From NCBI GenBank assembly GCA_003971905.1, contig RSEE01000051.1:1-64000 (forward strand): a stretch of 64,000 nt of DNA, read 5' to 3'. The stretch is from Moniliella sp. 'wahieum' (Eukaryota). Positions 1 through 10,782 of this stretch are shown here, one piece after another; positions within the stretch are counted from its first letter, which is position 1; every line of letters starts with the position of its first letter. The position numbers and the translations under genes are program-made. The notes under the pieces are model-generated. The model was not told where the DNA came from. It saw nothing but the letters and a program-made list of their open reading frames with translations, and did not search any database.

Positions 1-1278
1 TTTCTCTCAAATCCTCCGCAAAAGAAACAGTGCCACCCAAGCCCAATGAATGATCCGCAGGTGAGGAAATAATAGCGGATGTAGGGCGGGGTCCCGGCAA
101 GTGCACCGCTATGTCAAGGGACTGAGAAGGCGGAAGGATAGTGTTGTGTTGTAAAGGGCGAGACTGGAACCATCCGGCTTGAGAGATGACGTTGAGAGGG
201 TCGTGCGGAAAGACAGAAAGTGTGGTGGTATTTCTGGTGGTGGTAGTACTTACTCCCTCGTCCGGCTTGACGGATTGGTTGGAGTTCTGAGCGTCCGTCA
301 TGTTAGCTGTGGTTGCTGCTTCTCCCCCTTCTGAAGCGACGGTTCCCAGTGCATAAGGGAGGCTTAGTCCCTCCAGCGCAGTTGGCGCAAACGCATTTCG
401 CTTGGGCCAAACGAGACGAATGCCTAATGAGGTGTCTAGATCATTAAGACTCTTTTGACCCCATAGATCACAGAAAAGAAAATAATGTGGTTAGCTTCTC
501 CGCCTCGCCCGAAAGGTCTGGCCAAGAGCAGAAACGCACACTGTACGCTACTATTACGTCCTCAAGTGAGTCGAACGTAACGTCGATGGCTGCAGCCAGA
601 GTATTCAAACCATGAACTGGAGGTTGTTCCCCCGCCGAGCGAAAGGCAAAGGAGGTGGTAAACAAGGAGAGAATGGCTCGGACCAGCTGAGGCAAAGGTC
701 AGTCACCTCTTCGGTTTGCGGATTGCAGAGAAGGATGCGTACACTCTGCTCCCAAGGCTCCTCCTCCTCCGGCCCAGGGGTTGTCCAAGCGAGGGCCTTT
801 TGACGTCTACCGAGCCAGAGGATGGCATCAAGTTGATTCACATTTTGAGTGAATTCGAAGCGCATGGTGCGATCAAGGGGTTGAGAGATAGGTGAGGCTT
901 GCTGCGATTGAGGACGATTTTGTGTGAATGTTGGAGCAGTGCCTGGGCCTGGGCTATGGTCTGTGCGCACGGGTTAGGGGGGGGGGGGGGTAAGCGTTCA
1001 ATGCAGCCCCACGTTTTCTCTTGGAACTGGCAGGGAAAGAAGGTACGCACATCTACTTCTACGTCGGCCTGGCGCCCGGCCGGGTTGTCGTGGCTGGCCG
1101 ACTTTGGCAGAGACAAGATGCGGATGGCGCGGACGGGGGCCCAGGGGGCGAGCGCAGCGGCGAGGGCGCTCTCGGTAGGCGGGCTGGCGAGGCCAGCGAC
1201 CCAGATGGCGGGCCCGCGCTTGTGTCCGCCGTGGGGGCGGGGTGTGTCGGGTGTGGTCCCCGCGGGGTGGGTGGCCAT
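1..1278 (-). CDS. Protein with N-terminal RRM-like domain; frameshifted, probably continues beyond window start
   Basis: ATG at 1278. IWVAGL...ESALAAALAPWAPVRAIRIL...ADVEVD follows an RRM beta-alpha-beta-beta pattern. A GTACCT/GTGCGT-type donor near 1050 and CTAAC...CAG near 960-977 suggest an intron. Coding-like frames continue towards position 1. Confidence 0.4.
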
Positions 1279-1909
1279 GGCGCGGTGGTGGTGGGGATGG
1301 GGATGGGGAGGGGGTGGGGGTGGTCGACGTGAGAGGGGGCTGGGCGCACGTAGGAGCAGTTAGTTATAGCGAGTGGCCAGCTAGCGCTTTGGCGCTGTGG
1401 GTTGCATTTAGCTTTGTGGCCCTCGGCCAGGCAGTGAGGACTAGATGACTACTAAGAGACAAATATGGCTGGGTCCGCGGGTAGCTTTCGCTTGCCGTCC
1501 TATTCGCACCTGATTGCATTGCACTTGCATGCATTGCATTCTCTTCCTTCCACCCACAGCATCTGAGTCAGACAGGACGGGACAGGACTGCACTGAGCGT
1601 AGTGGACGTTTGTGTGTTGTATGAACGCGCCATGCCCACCATCACATCCGATCGCACGCACATCGCAGCGACAAAGACAAGCATGGAAGGGCCAGGGACA
1701 AAGACAAGGAGGAGGACAGGGAGGAGGACAGGGAGGGAGGGGGCAGGCGAGGAAAGTAAGGACGATAAAGTACATAAGGTAGTGCAGCAGAAAGGGGAGA
1801 AGGTTAAAGGGGGCGGCAGAATGGGAGGAGCTCGGGGGGGGGGGGGGTCAGGGTAATCGTCAAAGGAAAGCAAAGGAAAGCGAAGAATGGTGGGGAGAAG
1901 GAGATGGTG

Positions 1910-2895
1910 CTAATCAGTGTGCGGTCGATGTGGCGCGGTACGGTGTCGCAGTGGGCTCGGCTCCAACGGGTGGATGGGGGTGAGGCTCATCTGCGCTCCC
2001 AGCCTCGGCGTTGAGGGCACCGAGACATCCGATTCGTCCATGTCAAACTCATCAAAACCCAGCGGGCCATGAACGCCCACATCCATCGAGCCTGGCTCTT
2101 GCTCATCCAATGGGCTTGGATCCACCTCGGCCAGCTCTTCGACATGCATCATATCATCCTGCTCGGCTCCGGCTCGCTTTCGTTGGGAGGGTGGAGGGGC
2201 GAGTGGCCGCAGCGCAGGGAGGGAGTCGGTGGCACTGGTTGCACTGGCCTTGCGGGCCCGGTGGTTGGCCAGAAGCGTCGATGCATCGTACGTGCCTGGG
2301 GTCAGCAGCGGAGCCTTTTCGCCAGGCTGGATGCGAAGCGGCGATGCAGAGGACGGGTGCTGGTACACATGCGCGTGGGGGCCAGGCCAGGCGACAAAGT
2401 CGCCCTCCTTGGCCAGCGTGGGGGCCATCTTGGGACAAGAACGGGGGACGAACGTGAACGCGGACTTTGCGCAGGCCTGGGCGGGGGAGAAGGAGTCAGG
2501 AAGGAGAACGAGGGGAGGGGCAGGAGAGGCAGGAGAGGCGAGGCGAGGCGAGACGTACCCAGGGTGCGGAAAACGGCATAGCTGGCCACGTCGACGAGGA
2601 TGAGGCCGACAAGCGGGAGGAGGATGAGGATGGAGGCGATGCGGCAGAGGGTGGCAACGAAGGCGAGCAGGGCGGGAGGGGGCGGGTGGAAGACAAAGCC
2701 CCAGGCCATCTGCCTGCGTGGGCGGCGTACGCGCAGGCGGCTGCGCTCGGCATGGATGGGGGTGTGGAGGAGGGCGAGGGCGAGGGCGAGGGAGAGGGTG
2801 GCGGCGGCGACGCTGATGATGGCGGCGGGGTGGATGCGTGGCGGGCGGGTGCGGAGGGCGCCGCCGCGGGGGGGGGGGGGGCGGGGGGGCGCCAT
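1910..2895 (-). CDS. Hypothetical membrane protein with disordered C-terminus, one intron
   Basis: Hydrophobic segments IISVAAATLSLALALALL and LCRIASILILLPLVGLILVDVASYAVFRTLG. GTACGT donor at ~2558. Downstream ORF ends at 1910. Confidence 0.45.
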
Positions 2896-3458
2896 GGGGA
2901 GGAGGTGTTATAGGCGGGGTAGGTGGGGTGGGCCAGGGGGTACGGGTGGGCGCAGACGGCACGGCCGCCGAGGCACTAGGCCGCGTGCGGGCCCCAGTGA
3001 ACATTGCAGATTCAAGTTCAATGTTCAACGTTCAATCTGCCGTGGTGGACCGAGGCCAACCTGGGCACAGGGCCAGTGCGCGGCCACATCACAGCATTGC
3101 TGTGCCGCGTGCCGTGGGAGCGAATGCGGCCGGCTGAAAGTTTGCGCCGCAAGCGCCTGTCGTTTCGGCAGGGCAGGCACAAACGGTGGTGCAGTGGGCA
3201 CATCTGGCGAAAGAGCATCTGCCTCGCTGGCCGCCGCCAAACGCACCACCAGCGGCGGCTCAATCCATCCCATCTGTCCCATCCTCCGTTCGGCACGCAT
3301 CGCTCCCAGCCACATGGCCAGCGCCGGTGTCCATGCGGCCGGTGGGGCCTGCTAGAGACGAGAAGGCAGAGCATTTATTGTTCAGCAGATGCAGTAGAGC
3401 GTCACGAGGGAGAGATCGGATGAGCGCGATGAGCACATGGGCTGCAGAACGCTGTGCT

Positions 3459-3501
3459 TGAACTTCTGTAGCATTGAACTTCTGTTAGCATTGAACTTCT
3501 G
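3459..3501. repeat. Short tandem repeat (TTGAACTTCTG(T)TAGCA, about 2.6 copies)
   Basis: Read directly: ttgaacttctgtagca ttgaacttctgttagca ttgaacttctg. Confidence 0.85.
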
Positions 3502-3873
3502 GCTTCAAGCCGGCCAGACCCAAGAGCAAGAAAGAGGCAAGCCAGGAAACCCAAGGGGGAGGTGAGGCCTACCTGAGGAAAGGAACAGTGGAGAGACAAT
3601 GCCAATAACGTCGTGGAGAAGCTGTGGAAAAAACCCATTGGAAAAAATCCATTCGTGGCAGGCCAGTCCGTTTAGCTCCCACAAAGCTGTACTAATAAAG
3701 CCATACCAACCACAGTCTTGGGCTTCTCGCCACTACCTTGGGACTGTCCGATTGCCTACGTCAAGGCCCACGCGACGCCATGCCATGCCCGGCCAGGCTC
3801 GACCTCGGAGGTAAACGAGACTGGATGAGCATATACAGAAGATAGTACAGGGCCAGATAGGAAACAGCAGCCA

Positions 3874-4686
3874 TCACGACGCCGACAGCGCCGGCAAGCC
3901 GGTCACTGTCTCATCCGGATCCTGCATCCCCGCCGACGTCTGGGCCCAGCGCGACACCGACCCACTTCCACTCGCCGTGGACGATCCGCTGAGCTCGGTG
4001 CGGTGGCCGAACCGGTTGGGGATCGCCGGACCGCCGCCATGGACGAGTGGGCGGGGTTTGGCAGGCAGCCCTGCCAGGCCACCCAGGCTTCCGAGAGATA
4101 CTGTGGGCTGTGGCCGCGCTCGTAGCCTCCGGACGAGGTGACTGACGAAATGGAGGTCGAGTGCCCATGCACGCCGCCGCATGGGGCGGCAGGCACGTTG
4201 GGCTCGGGGATCGAGGCCAAGGAGCTCACTGAGCTGGCGCCGCGGGCGTGCGAGCCCGCGATCCGGCTCCGCGGCCGGTTCTGCACCGAGGCGAGGATGG
4301 AGCCGGCATTGGCTCCGTCGTACGGGCGCACCTGGGCCTTCTTTCCCGGTGCGTTCTTCAGACCGGGTGCGGGGGTGGAGAAGACGGGTCAGATAGGCGC
4401 GCTTGGCTGTGAGAGCAGGGTCAGCAGGGAGCTCTAGATAGACACGACAGACATACGTACCCGTAGCAGGGTCGGCAAAGACGACATAGACGCAGTTGTC
4501 ATCGACCCATTTGATCTTGAACCCGCCGCGGTCGTCCTCCCAGGGACGAAAGATGGCCTGAATGTCGCGGGTCTTGAGGTCGGCATGAAAGTCGCGCAGC
4601 TCGAGGATGCGTGTGAGGAGAGGCGAGCTGGCAAAGGCGACGGAGCCGGTGGATGAGGACGGGACGGTGGCGGTGGCGAGAGTCAT
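3874..4686 (-). CDS. Thc1/R3HCC1-type RRM-like domain protein, one intron
   Basis: ILELRDFHADLKTRDIQAIFRPWEDDRGGFKIKWVDDNCVYVVFADPAT, intron GTACGT...GCTGAC...ACAG, then AKRAYL. The KIKWVDD motif is typical of this RRM family. Ser-rich tail. Confidence 0.65.
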   Translation of the reverse strand: MTLATATVPSSSTGSVAFASSPLLTRILELRDFHADLKTRDIQAIFRPWEDDRGGFKIKWVDDNCVYVVFADPATGTYVCRVYLELPADPALTAKRAYLTRLLHPRTRSEERTGKEGPGAPVRRSQCRLHPRLGAEPAAEPDRGLARPRRQLSELLGLDPRAQRACRPMRRRAWALDLHFVSHLVRRLRARPQPTVSLGSLGGLAGLPAKPRPLVHGGGPAIPNRFGHRTELSGSSTASGSGSVSRWAQTSAGMQDPDETVTGLPALSAS

Positions 4687-6009
4687 GGGAACAGCAATCG
4701 ACGGAAGCGAAGGAGGTGAGGGGCACGGGGAGGGGGGTGGTATCGAGGACAGAGGAAAGGACTGGCCGGGCGGAGGGCAGGCAGAGGGCGTCCAGCGCAG
4801 GAAACGAACGGAGCGAGCGGGACGGAGCAGGGGGGGCGGCGAGGCGGAGGCGGAGGAGGGAGGGGAGGACGGGGAGGGAGGGAGGGAGGAGGAGGGCGTG
4901 GAGGGGGAGGAGATGGTGGTGGCAAATCCACTCCGCTCGGGCCCGCCGGCTGAGGACCGACGGGGTGCTCGCCGCGGGCCGCAGTGCTTGCGCGACCGCC
5001 GGGGAGCGAGTCTAGTCAGCAGGCTGGCCCACACTGCCGCCACGCGCCGGTTCGGCCCAGCACAGCGCCTGTCGGGCCTCGGCGACTCCACGTGTGCATC
5101 CCGAAGGATGATGCAGCAGGCGTGGTGCGTGACGGTCGATGGTTGGAAGCAGGGTGTGTGACGTGCATGTGACATGTGACATCGCACGCCTGACGCCTGG
5201 TGCGCGACGGTGGACACGTGAAACGTGAAACTCTCGTGCAACCCTACCGCCCGCCTGTTCTGACAAGTAATGTACTCCACCAATCCCATCCGAGTCTCAT
5301 ATCAAGCCAAGCGATAGCTTCCTGTGCAACGACACCAGCCCGCTAGTAGAGAAGATGCCAGTCGAGCCTGCGCCTCCATACGCCACCCGTCCCGTTGCCA
5401 GGCTGCTCACATCAGGGCCTGACAGCCATCCTTAGGGTTAGATCACCGTGGCTCTGAGGCCTGGCACGAGGAGAAGAGGCGGAGCACGCTGTTGCCATGA
5501 TCTTATTGTCTTCATCACAGCCAGCGGCGCCCCTTGGTCTGGGCGTGAGCCGCTGTACTCGGGAAGGAAAACGTATCCGCATCCTCCTTCTCATCCCTCC
5601 ATTTTACATCACTCAAGATTAAGAGTAAGATTATGGCCGAAGAACACATTCGCGCCATGATCGAGCACTGCAATAAGGGGGTTCCGAGGAGGAAATTGTG
5701 TGTGCCCGTAGCCAACAGTGACAACTAAGAACATATGGTTGAACCCGCACAGCGCCACGTATTCTACTGTGCCATTTTGGACTCTCGACTGGAAGCAGGA
5801 CTTGGAACTTGGCCATGACGACCGGCAGACAGTTGGCTGAGTGATTGCGAGTACCACGCCAGCAACCTTGGTGCCACAACCCGCCGCAACACCGTGCAAA
5901 TCTGGTCCGGTTGGGTCAAGCGATCCAACGCTTTTAGAGCGCGGCACCACATCGCACGGTAAGTGGAAGCATGTCCGGGACGTATGATTAACAGAGGCCT
6001 GTGCAGGTG

Positions 6010-6703
6010 TCAGGGATACAGGGAAGCTTGGGGCTGGGTGGGCAGCTCAGTGGCGTATGCTACTGCCACCGTTTCGTCCCAAGGCAGGCCACGGCAGTCG
6101 GCCCGCAAAGGCGATGTTGGGGGTTTCCCAGAGCGCTGGGGCAGGACAGTCGGAGGGGATGTCAGTATCCACAACGGCCCAAAGAGCGAGGTCGAGTTGA
6201 GCGTCATACTTTTCGCGGCAGCAGGGCCATGGAGAAAGATGTGACATGGGCGGTGGGAGTGATGGTAGCGACGGCATATTCAGTAGGATGGAACCAGGCG
6301 CGGACAGCCCACTTGTCGGCCGCGTGTGACAATTGCTGAGTTCTGTGGTCGCGGCAGACAGTGCGTATGGCAGATCGAACGTCCGAGAAGAGAGATGGAG
6401 AAGCAGGTTCAGGCTCGGGTTCGGGTTCGGGCTCGGGTTCGCCTGTTCGGGCGTGGGAGCGGGCGTTCAGGCTTCGGCCACCAAGGTGTGCAGCCGGGGA
6501 AGTAGGGCCTGTATAGTGTCGGCGGCATTGGATTGCATGTCGGGACCGGCGGCGGGGGAAGTGATCACGGGATCACGGGAGGGGGTGATCCTTGAGGTAC
6601 CGTGGTGGGAGGGCCGTGGAGTCAACGAAGAGTCGTTGCCGTCGGAGATGTCGTCCATTTCGGGGCCGGCCGCGTTGCGTTCAAAGGCGCGGCGGTTGGA
6701 CAT
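6010..6703 (-). CDS. Hypothetical protein with Glu-Pro repeat; frameshifted, probable intron
   Basis: MSNRRAFERNAAGPEMDD..., then an (EP)n stretch encoded by GAACCCGA repeats at ~6405-6440. GTATGA...ACTGAC...CAG intron at ~6135-6210. No recognisable family. Confidence 0.3.
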
Positions 6704-7917
6704 GGGGTGGGAGGGGAGTGAGGTAGGGCGGAGGGAAATGTCGAACAAGATGGGGGGGTAGTTGGGCTAAAGCCAGGAAGGCTGAGTGGGATGATCAAAC
6801 TTAACAAGAGAGATGGAGAATGGGGGAAAGGATGAGAATCATATTCATCGAGTGGAAAGAGGGCGAGGTATAGTGTCTCGGAGAAGAAGAGAACATGCAA
6901 GCTAAGTCATACGAAGAAGGAGAGGGAAGCATAGTCAAAGAGGGAAGTCAGGGTCTAGAACAAATCAGGGGCCAGTCAACCTGGTGGCTAGAAGTGTGAC
7001 CACAGGTGGGTCTGATCCCGACAAAGATGTACCCAAAAGCGTCCATCCATCCGCTCCCTTCTGCCCTAGCTCGCCGTCCACGGAGAAGATGGTCAACGGT
7101 CCCTCAGTCCCACCACCGTATCCGAGGGGATCGGTACACACAGTAGATGTGCCTCTTGCCTGCCAACGCAGTTACGATCATGAGCATGTGCTTGCGTATA
7201 CCCGCGCCGCCTCTGTAGGCATAACTGTTGGCAAAACCGTTCTGTGGGATGTAATGGGCGGAATTGTTGTTCACCCATCCCACCACAGGGAAGAACGGCA
7301 AGGTTCCCAGATCGTGCCTCACTTTCTGGTCGGAGTCGGTGGGGCTAAGTACTCGGCCACCTCTCCGAGGGGGCCCAAGGGTGGACCTGGAACGGTTGTG
7401 GTCAGCAGCAGCTGGGCGCGTTGTGTTGGGGGTGGCGCGCAGCCCCACGGGGATTGAAATGTTGAGTGGGGATTGGGATTGCTATTTACCCGCGCGGCTG
7501 GCTGGCTGAGCATCTCAGCCCATTTTTGGGCGCCCAGGGGCGGGCAGGAGAGAGCCGGGTGATGGGTGGGTGACGGGTGCGTCTGGGCCAGAAGTGGAGC
7601 GATGTGCTTGACTGGTGTTCGCCTCAAGGCGAGAGGAGGAGGCCATCGCAGGCACGACCGTCGGTGCCCCAGTGTGGCGCCCCGGGCGATGCTCCCGGCT
7701 CTGTCCGACTGGCCGTCTGGTGCGTCCAATGCATTATGACCCCACTTGGCAAATTATAATACACCTGCTCTCAGTCTGCCGCCCCGCTGTGCTGTCAGTC
7801 CCTGGGGAGGTTATGCGTGCTCTCAGAGGCAGTGGCTGTGGGCGCTACCACAGACGGCGTCTTGTCCACCTGCTTTTCTTCCCTCCTTCCGTCGCCTCTT
7901 CTCCCCCCCATCCCACC

Positions 7918-10077
7918 ATGCGCCCCCCAGTGCTGCTGCGTCGTTGCCTCGGACTCTGCGCAGCTGCCGTCGCGTCGGCCGCCGCTGGCGCAAATACCCC
8001 TCCGCACCCCCTCGCGCCTGCTCACCACCAGCTCCCTCCAACGCAGCACCGCCTCCCACCACCACCAACACCCCACCATCAGCACCACAACCATCCATCC
8101 TCCTTCCGCCTCACCCATACACAGGCCGGCATCATCCTGGCCGCCGCCGCCTACCTCGCCTCCACATCCTCCCCGCCCGAAGAGGCAGCCATGGAACTAT
8201 CCTGGGACGAGGTGAGCCGGGTGTTGCTTCCGTCGGGCCTGGTGCACCGCATCGAGGTCGTCGGTGGCACCCGCGCCCACATCCACCTCAACCCCTATGC
8301 CGACCTGCTGTCCAAGGGCATCTCCCTCTCGGCCCGGCCGCTCACACCAAGCATTTCCTCGTCAATGTTCCGTCGGCCGAATGGGTGGAGGCGCATCTGG
8401 ACACGGCGCTTGCTGCCCTCCCATCGGAGCAGAGGGACGTATTTCCTCCCGTCCGGTTTTCCGATTCGTACGGATGGGACATGGCCTGGGCCTTGGCACC
8501 CACCCTGGGCTTCTGTGCATTCCTTCTCTTCCTCGATGGTGCGCGACACAGCCTCACATCCCCGGGGGGACTTTCGTGGCGTAATGCAGGTCAATCCCTC
8601 TGGGGCCAAACCAAGTCGCTTCTCGGTTCCGGTGCTCGAGCTGCCGCTCCATCCGCCCCACGGTCCAGCATCACCCTGGCCTCTGTCGCGGGCTTGGGTC
8701 CCGCCAAGGCCGAGGTGGAAGAGCTGGTTTCGTTTCTGTCGGCGCCCCATGCGCATCGGGCGCGCCAACTGGGCGCACGGCTTCCGCGGGGAGCTCTGCT
8801 GACCGGTCCGCCCGGGATGGGCAAAACGTTTTTAGCGCGCGCGATTGCGGGTGAAGCGCGCGTTCCGCTCTATGCCTGTTCGGGGTCCGAGTTTAGTGAC
8901 AACGTATGTGGGGGTTGGGGCGGCGCGGGTGCGGGAACTTTGAGCAGGCGCGTTCCAATGCGCCCAGCTTGATCTTGTGGATGAGATTGATGCGTTGGCC
9001 CGCGCACGCGGCGCCGGGGCCGACGGTATGGGCGGTGGGTGCGACGAGCGGGGAAGCGACGCTGAACGAGTTGCTGGTTCAACTCGATGGGTTCTCCACC
9101 CAGGAAAATGTCTTGGTCTTGGCTGCGACCAACCGGCCGGATGTGCTGGACGAGGCGGGTGAAGCGGGCCGGTCGCTTTGACCGTCACATTGCGATGCCC
9201 GCGCCAGACGAAGAGGGCCGACGAGCCATCTTCTCGGTCCACCTCGCTCCGTTGCAGTTGGACCCAGCCCTGGACCGTACCAAGCTGGCCGCGCTGCTTG
9301 CTGCCGCCACGCCAGATTGGTCAGGGGCAGCGATCGCGTCAGTGTGCAACGATGCGGCGCTGCTTGCCGCACGACAGGGCGCCGAGTGGGTGAGCCAAGC
9401 GCATTTGGACCTTGCGGTGGCACGGGTACAAAAGGGGCCTCTTGGTCCTCGGCCGGCTCTGTTGAAGGAAGAGCAGCAGACGGCCCGCGTGCATACTGCC
9501 GCTCGCATTGCTGCGCGATGGTACCTGCCTCTGTCGCCGGGCGTGGCGCGTGCGGGAGTGGGCATCGGCGCCAGCTCGGCCCCAGGATGGATCGTGGCTC
9601 CGCCTACGTCCGAGTTGGCCTCGCAAGCCGAGCTGGAGCAGCGCCTCGCCTGCCTTTTAGCCGGCCGGGCTGGGGAGATGCTTTTCTTGCCGCACTCACC
9701 TCGGCGAGCCAGGACGAACTGGCGGAAGCGACACAGTTGGCACGAGCGATGGTGGTCCGATTTGGGATGAGCAGCCTAGGTCCCTTGGCCCCTCCTCTGC
9801 CACGGACCAAACCCCGGTCGATTCCCGCGCCACCCAAGCCCTCGTGGACGAGGCGGTAGAAAAAGCCCTGGCCAAGGCGTTGAGCCACGCGCGATGGGTG
9901 TGGACCAGCACCGGGCCCAAGTCCACCGCTTGGCCCAACAGCTGGAGCATCATCCTACTCTTGAGGCAGCAGATTGAGGCTTGCCTCGGTCCGCGTCCTG
10001 TCCCCCCCTCGCTGGTTCCGGCCACGTTGCCTAGTACCCAGCGCACCTCTCCCACAGCCTCGCCGGCGCTCGTTTGA
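7918..10077 (+). CDS. AFG3/paraplegin-type (m-AAA, FtsH family) protein with intact AAA motifs and degenerate M41 protease site; frameshifted
   Basis: Presequence-like N-terminus, TM1, [23 protein letters not shown] domain, TM2 ([14 protein letters not shown]). Walker A GPPGMGKT, pore loop YVGVG, Walker [29 protein letters not shown]...RAGRFDR. M41-like LLAGRAGE and [11 protein letters not shown]. Confidence 0.9.
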
Positions 10078-10782
10078 AGTGCTCGGCGCACCAACGAGGA
10101 CAGCGCCATACCCTTCCGGACGCCCTCTGAAGATTCCGACTTAACGACCGTGCACGTGGCCATGTATGTTACTCCGTCTGGAGGGACAGCCGTCTCTCCG
10201 GCCAGCAAACGAGCAAACGAGATACGCAATGACATATCAAGACGCCCATCAATATAATCGACTGCCTTTTCATTTATTTGCTGGTACATCATCTGCAGTC
10301 TGTTTTAGGCTACAACAGTGCGCTGGCCAGAGATAGTCTGATCCAGCCTTCCAGCGAGAGAGTCTGGGCAGGTGTGGGCCCAGTGCAGAGTCAGCACAGC
10401 GGCCTTGAGGTTGCAAAAGGCACTGGAATATTATATGGACAAGTGAATCTGGGAGGCTATAATAGCACCACCCCCCCTTTCTCCTTTGGCACGTGGTCTG
10501 TGACATGGTGGCACACTGCCTTGTCCTGGTTGGCTCCTGCCCCTCTCGGCAACTGCCCATGACTGCACCTATATGAGAGAGCATTCCGCAGAGCGATCGC
10601 CGGTCAGTGGTCACAGTCGACACCGTCGCTGGAAGAAGTAATTGGTCTATACCTACTACGCACGTCACAAGCAAGCAGACAGGAGGCGGGATCGATGATG
10701 AATGGCCAGGGAGGCATTGCAGGCAAGACCCCTTCAGCAACACAGAAGAGCAGAGCAGAGGGCAACCCCCGCTTCCGACTCT

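Noticed and set aside
5432..5441. TTAGGGTTAG (CTAACCCTAA on the - strand), resembling a telomerase RNA template
   Set aside because: A 10-mer like this is expected by chance in 64 kb; similar words occur at ~18164 and ~28884; no supporting pseudoknot or CR4/5 seen.
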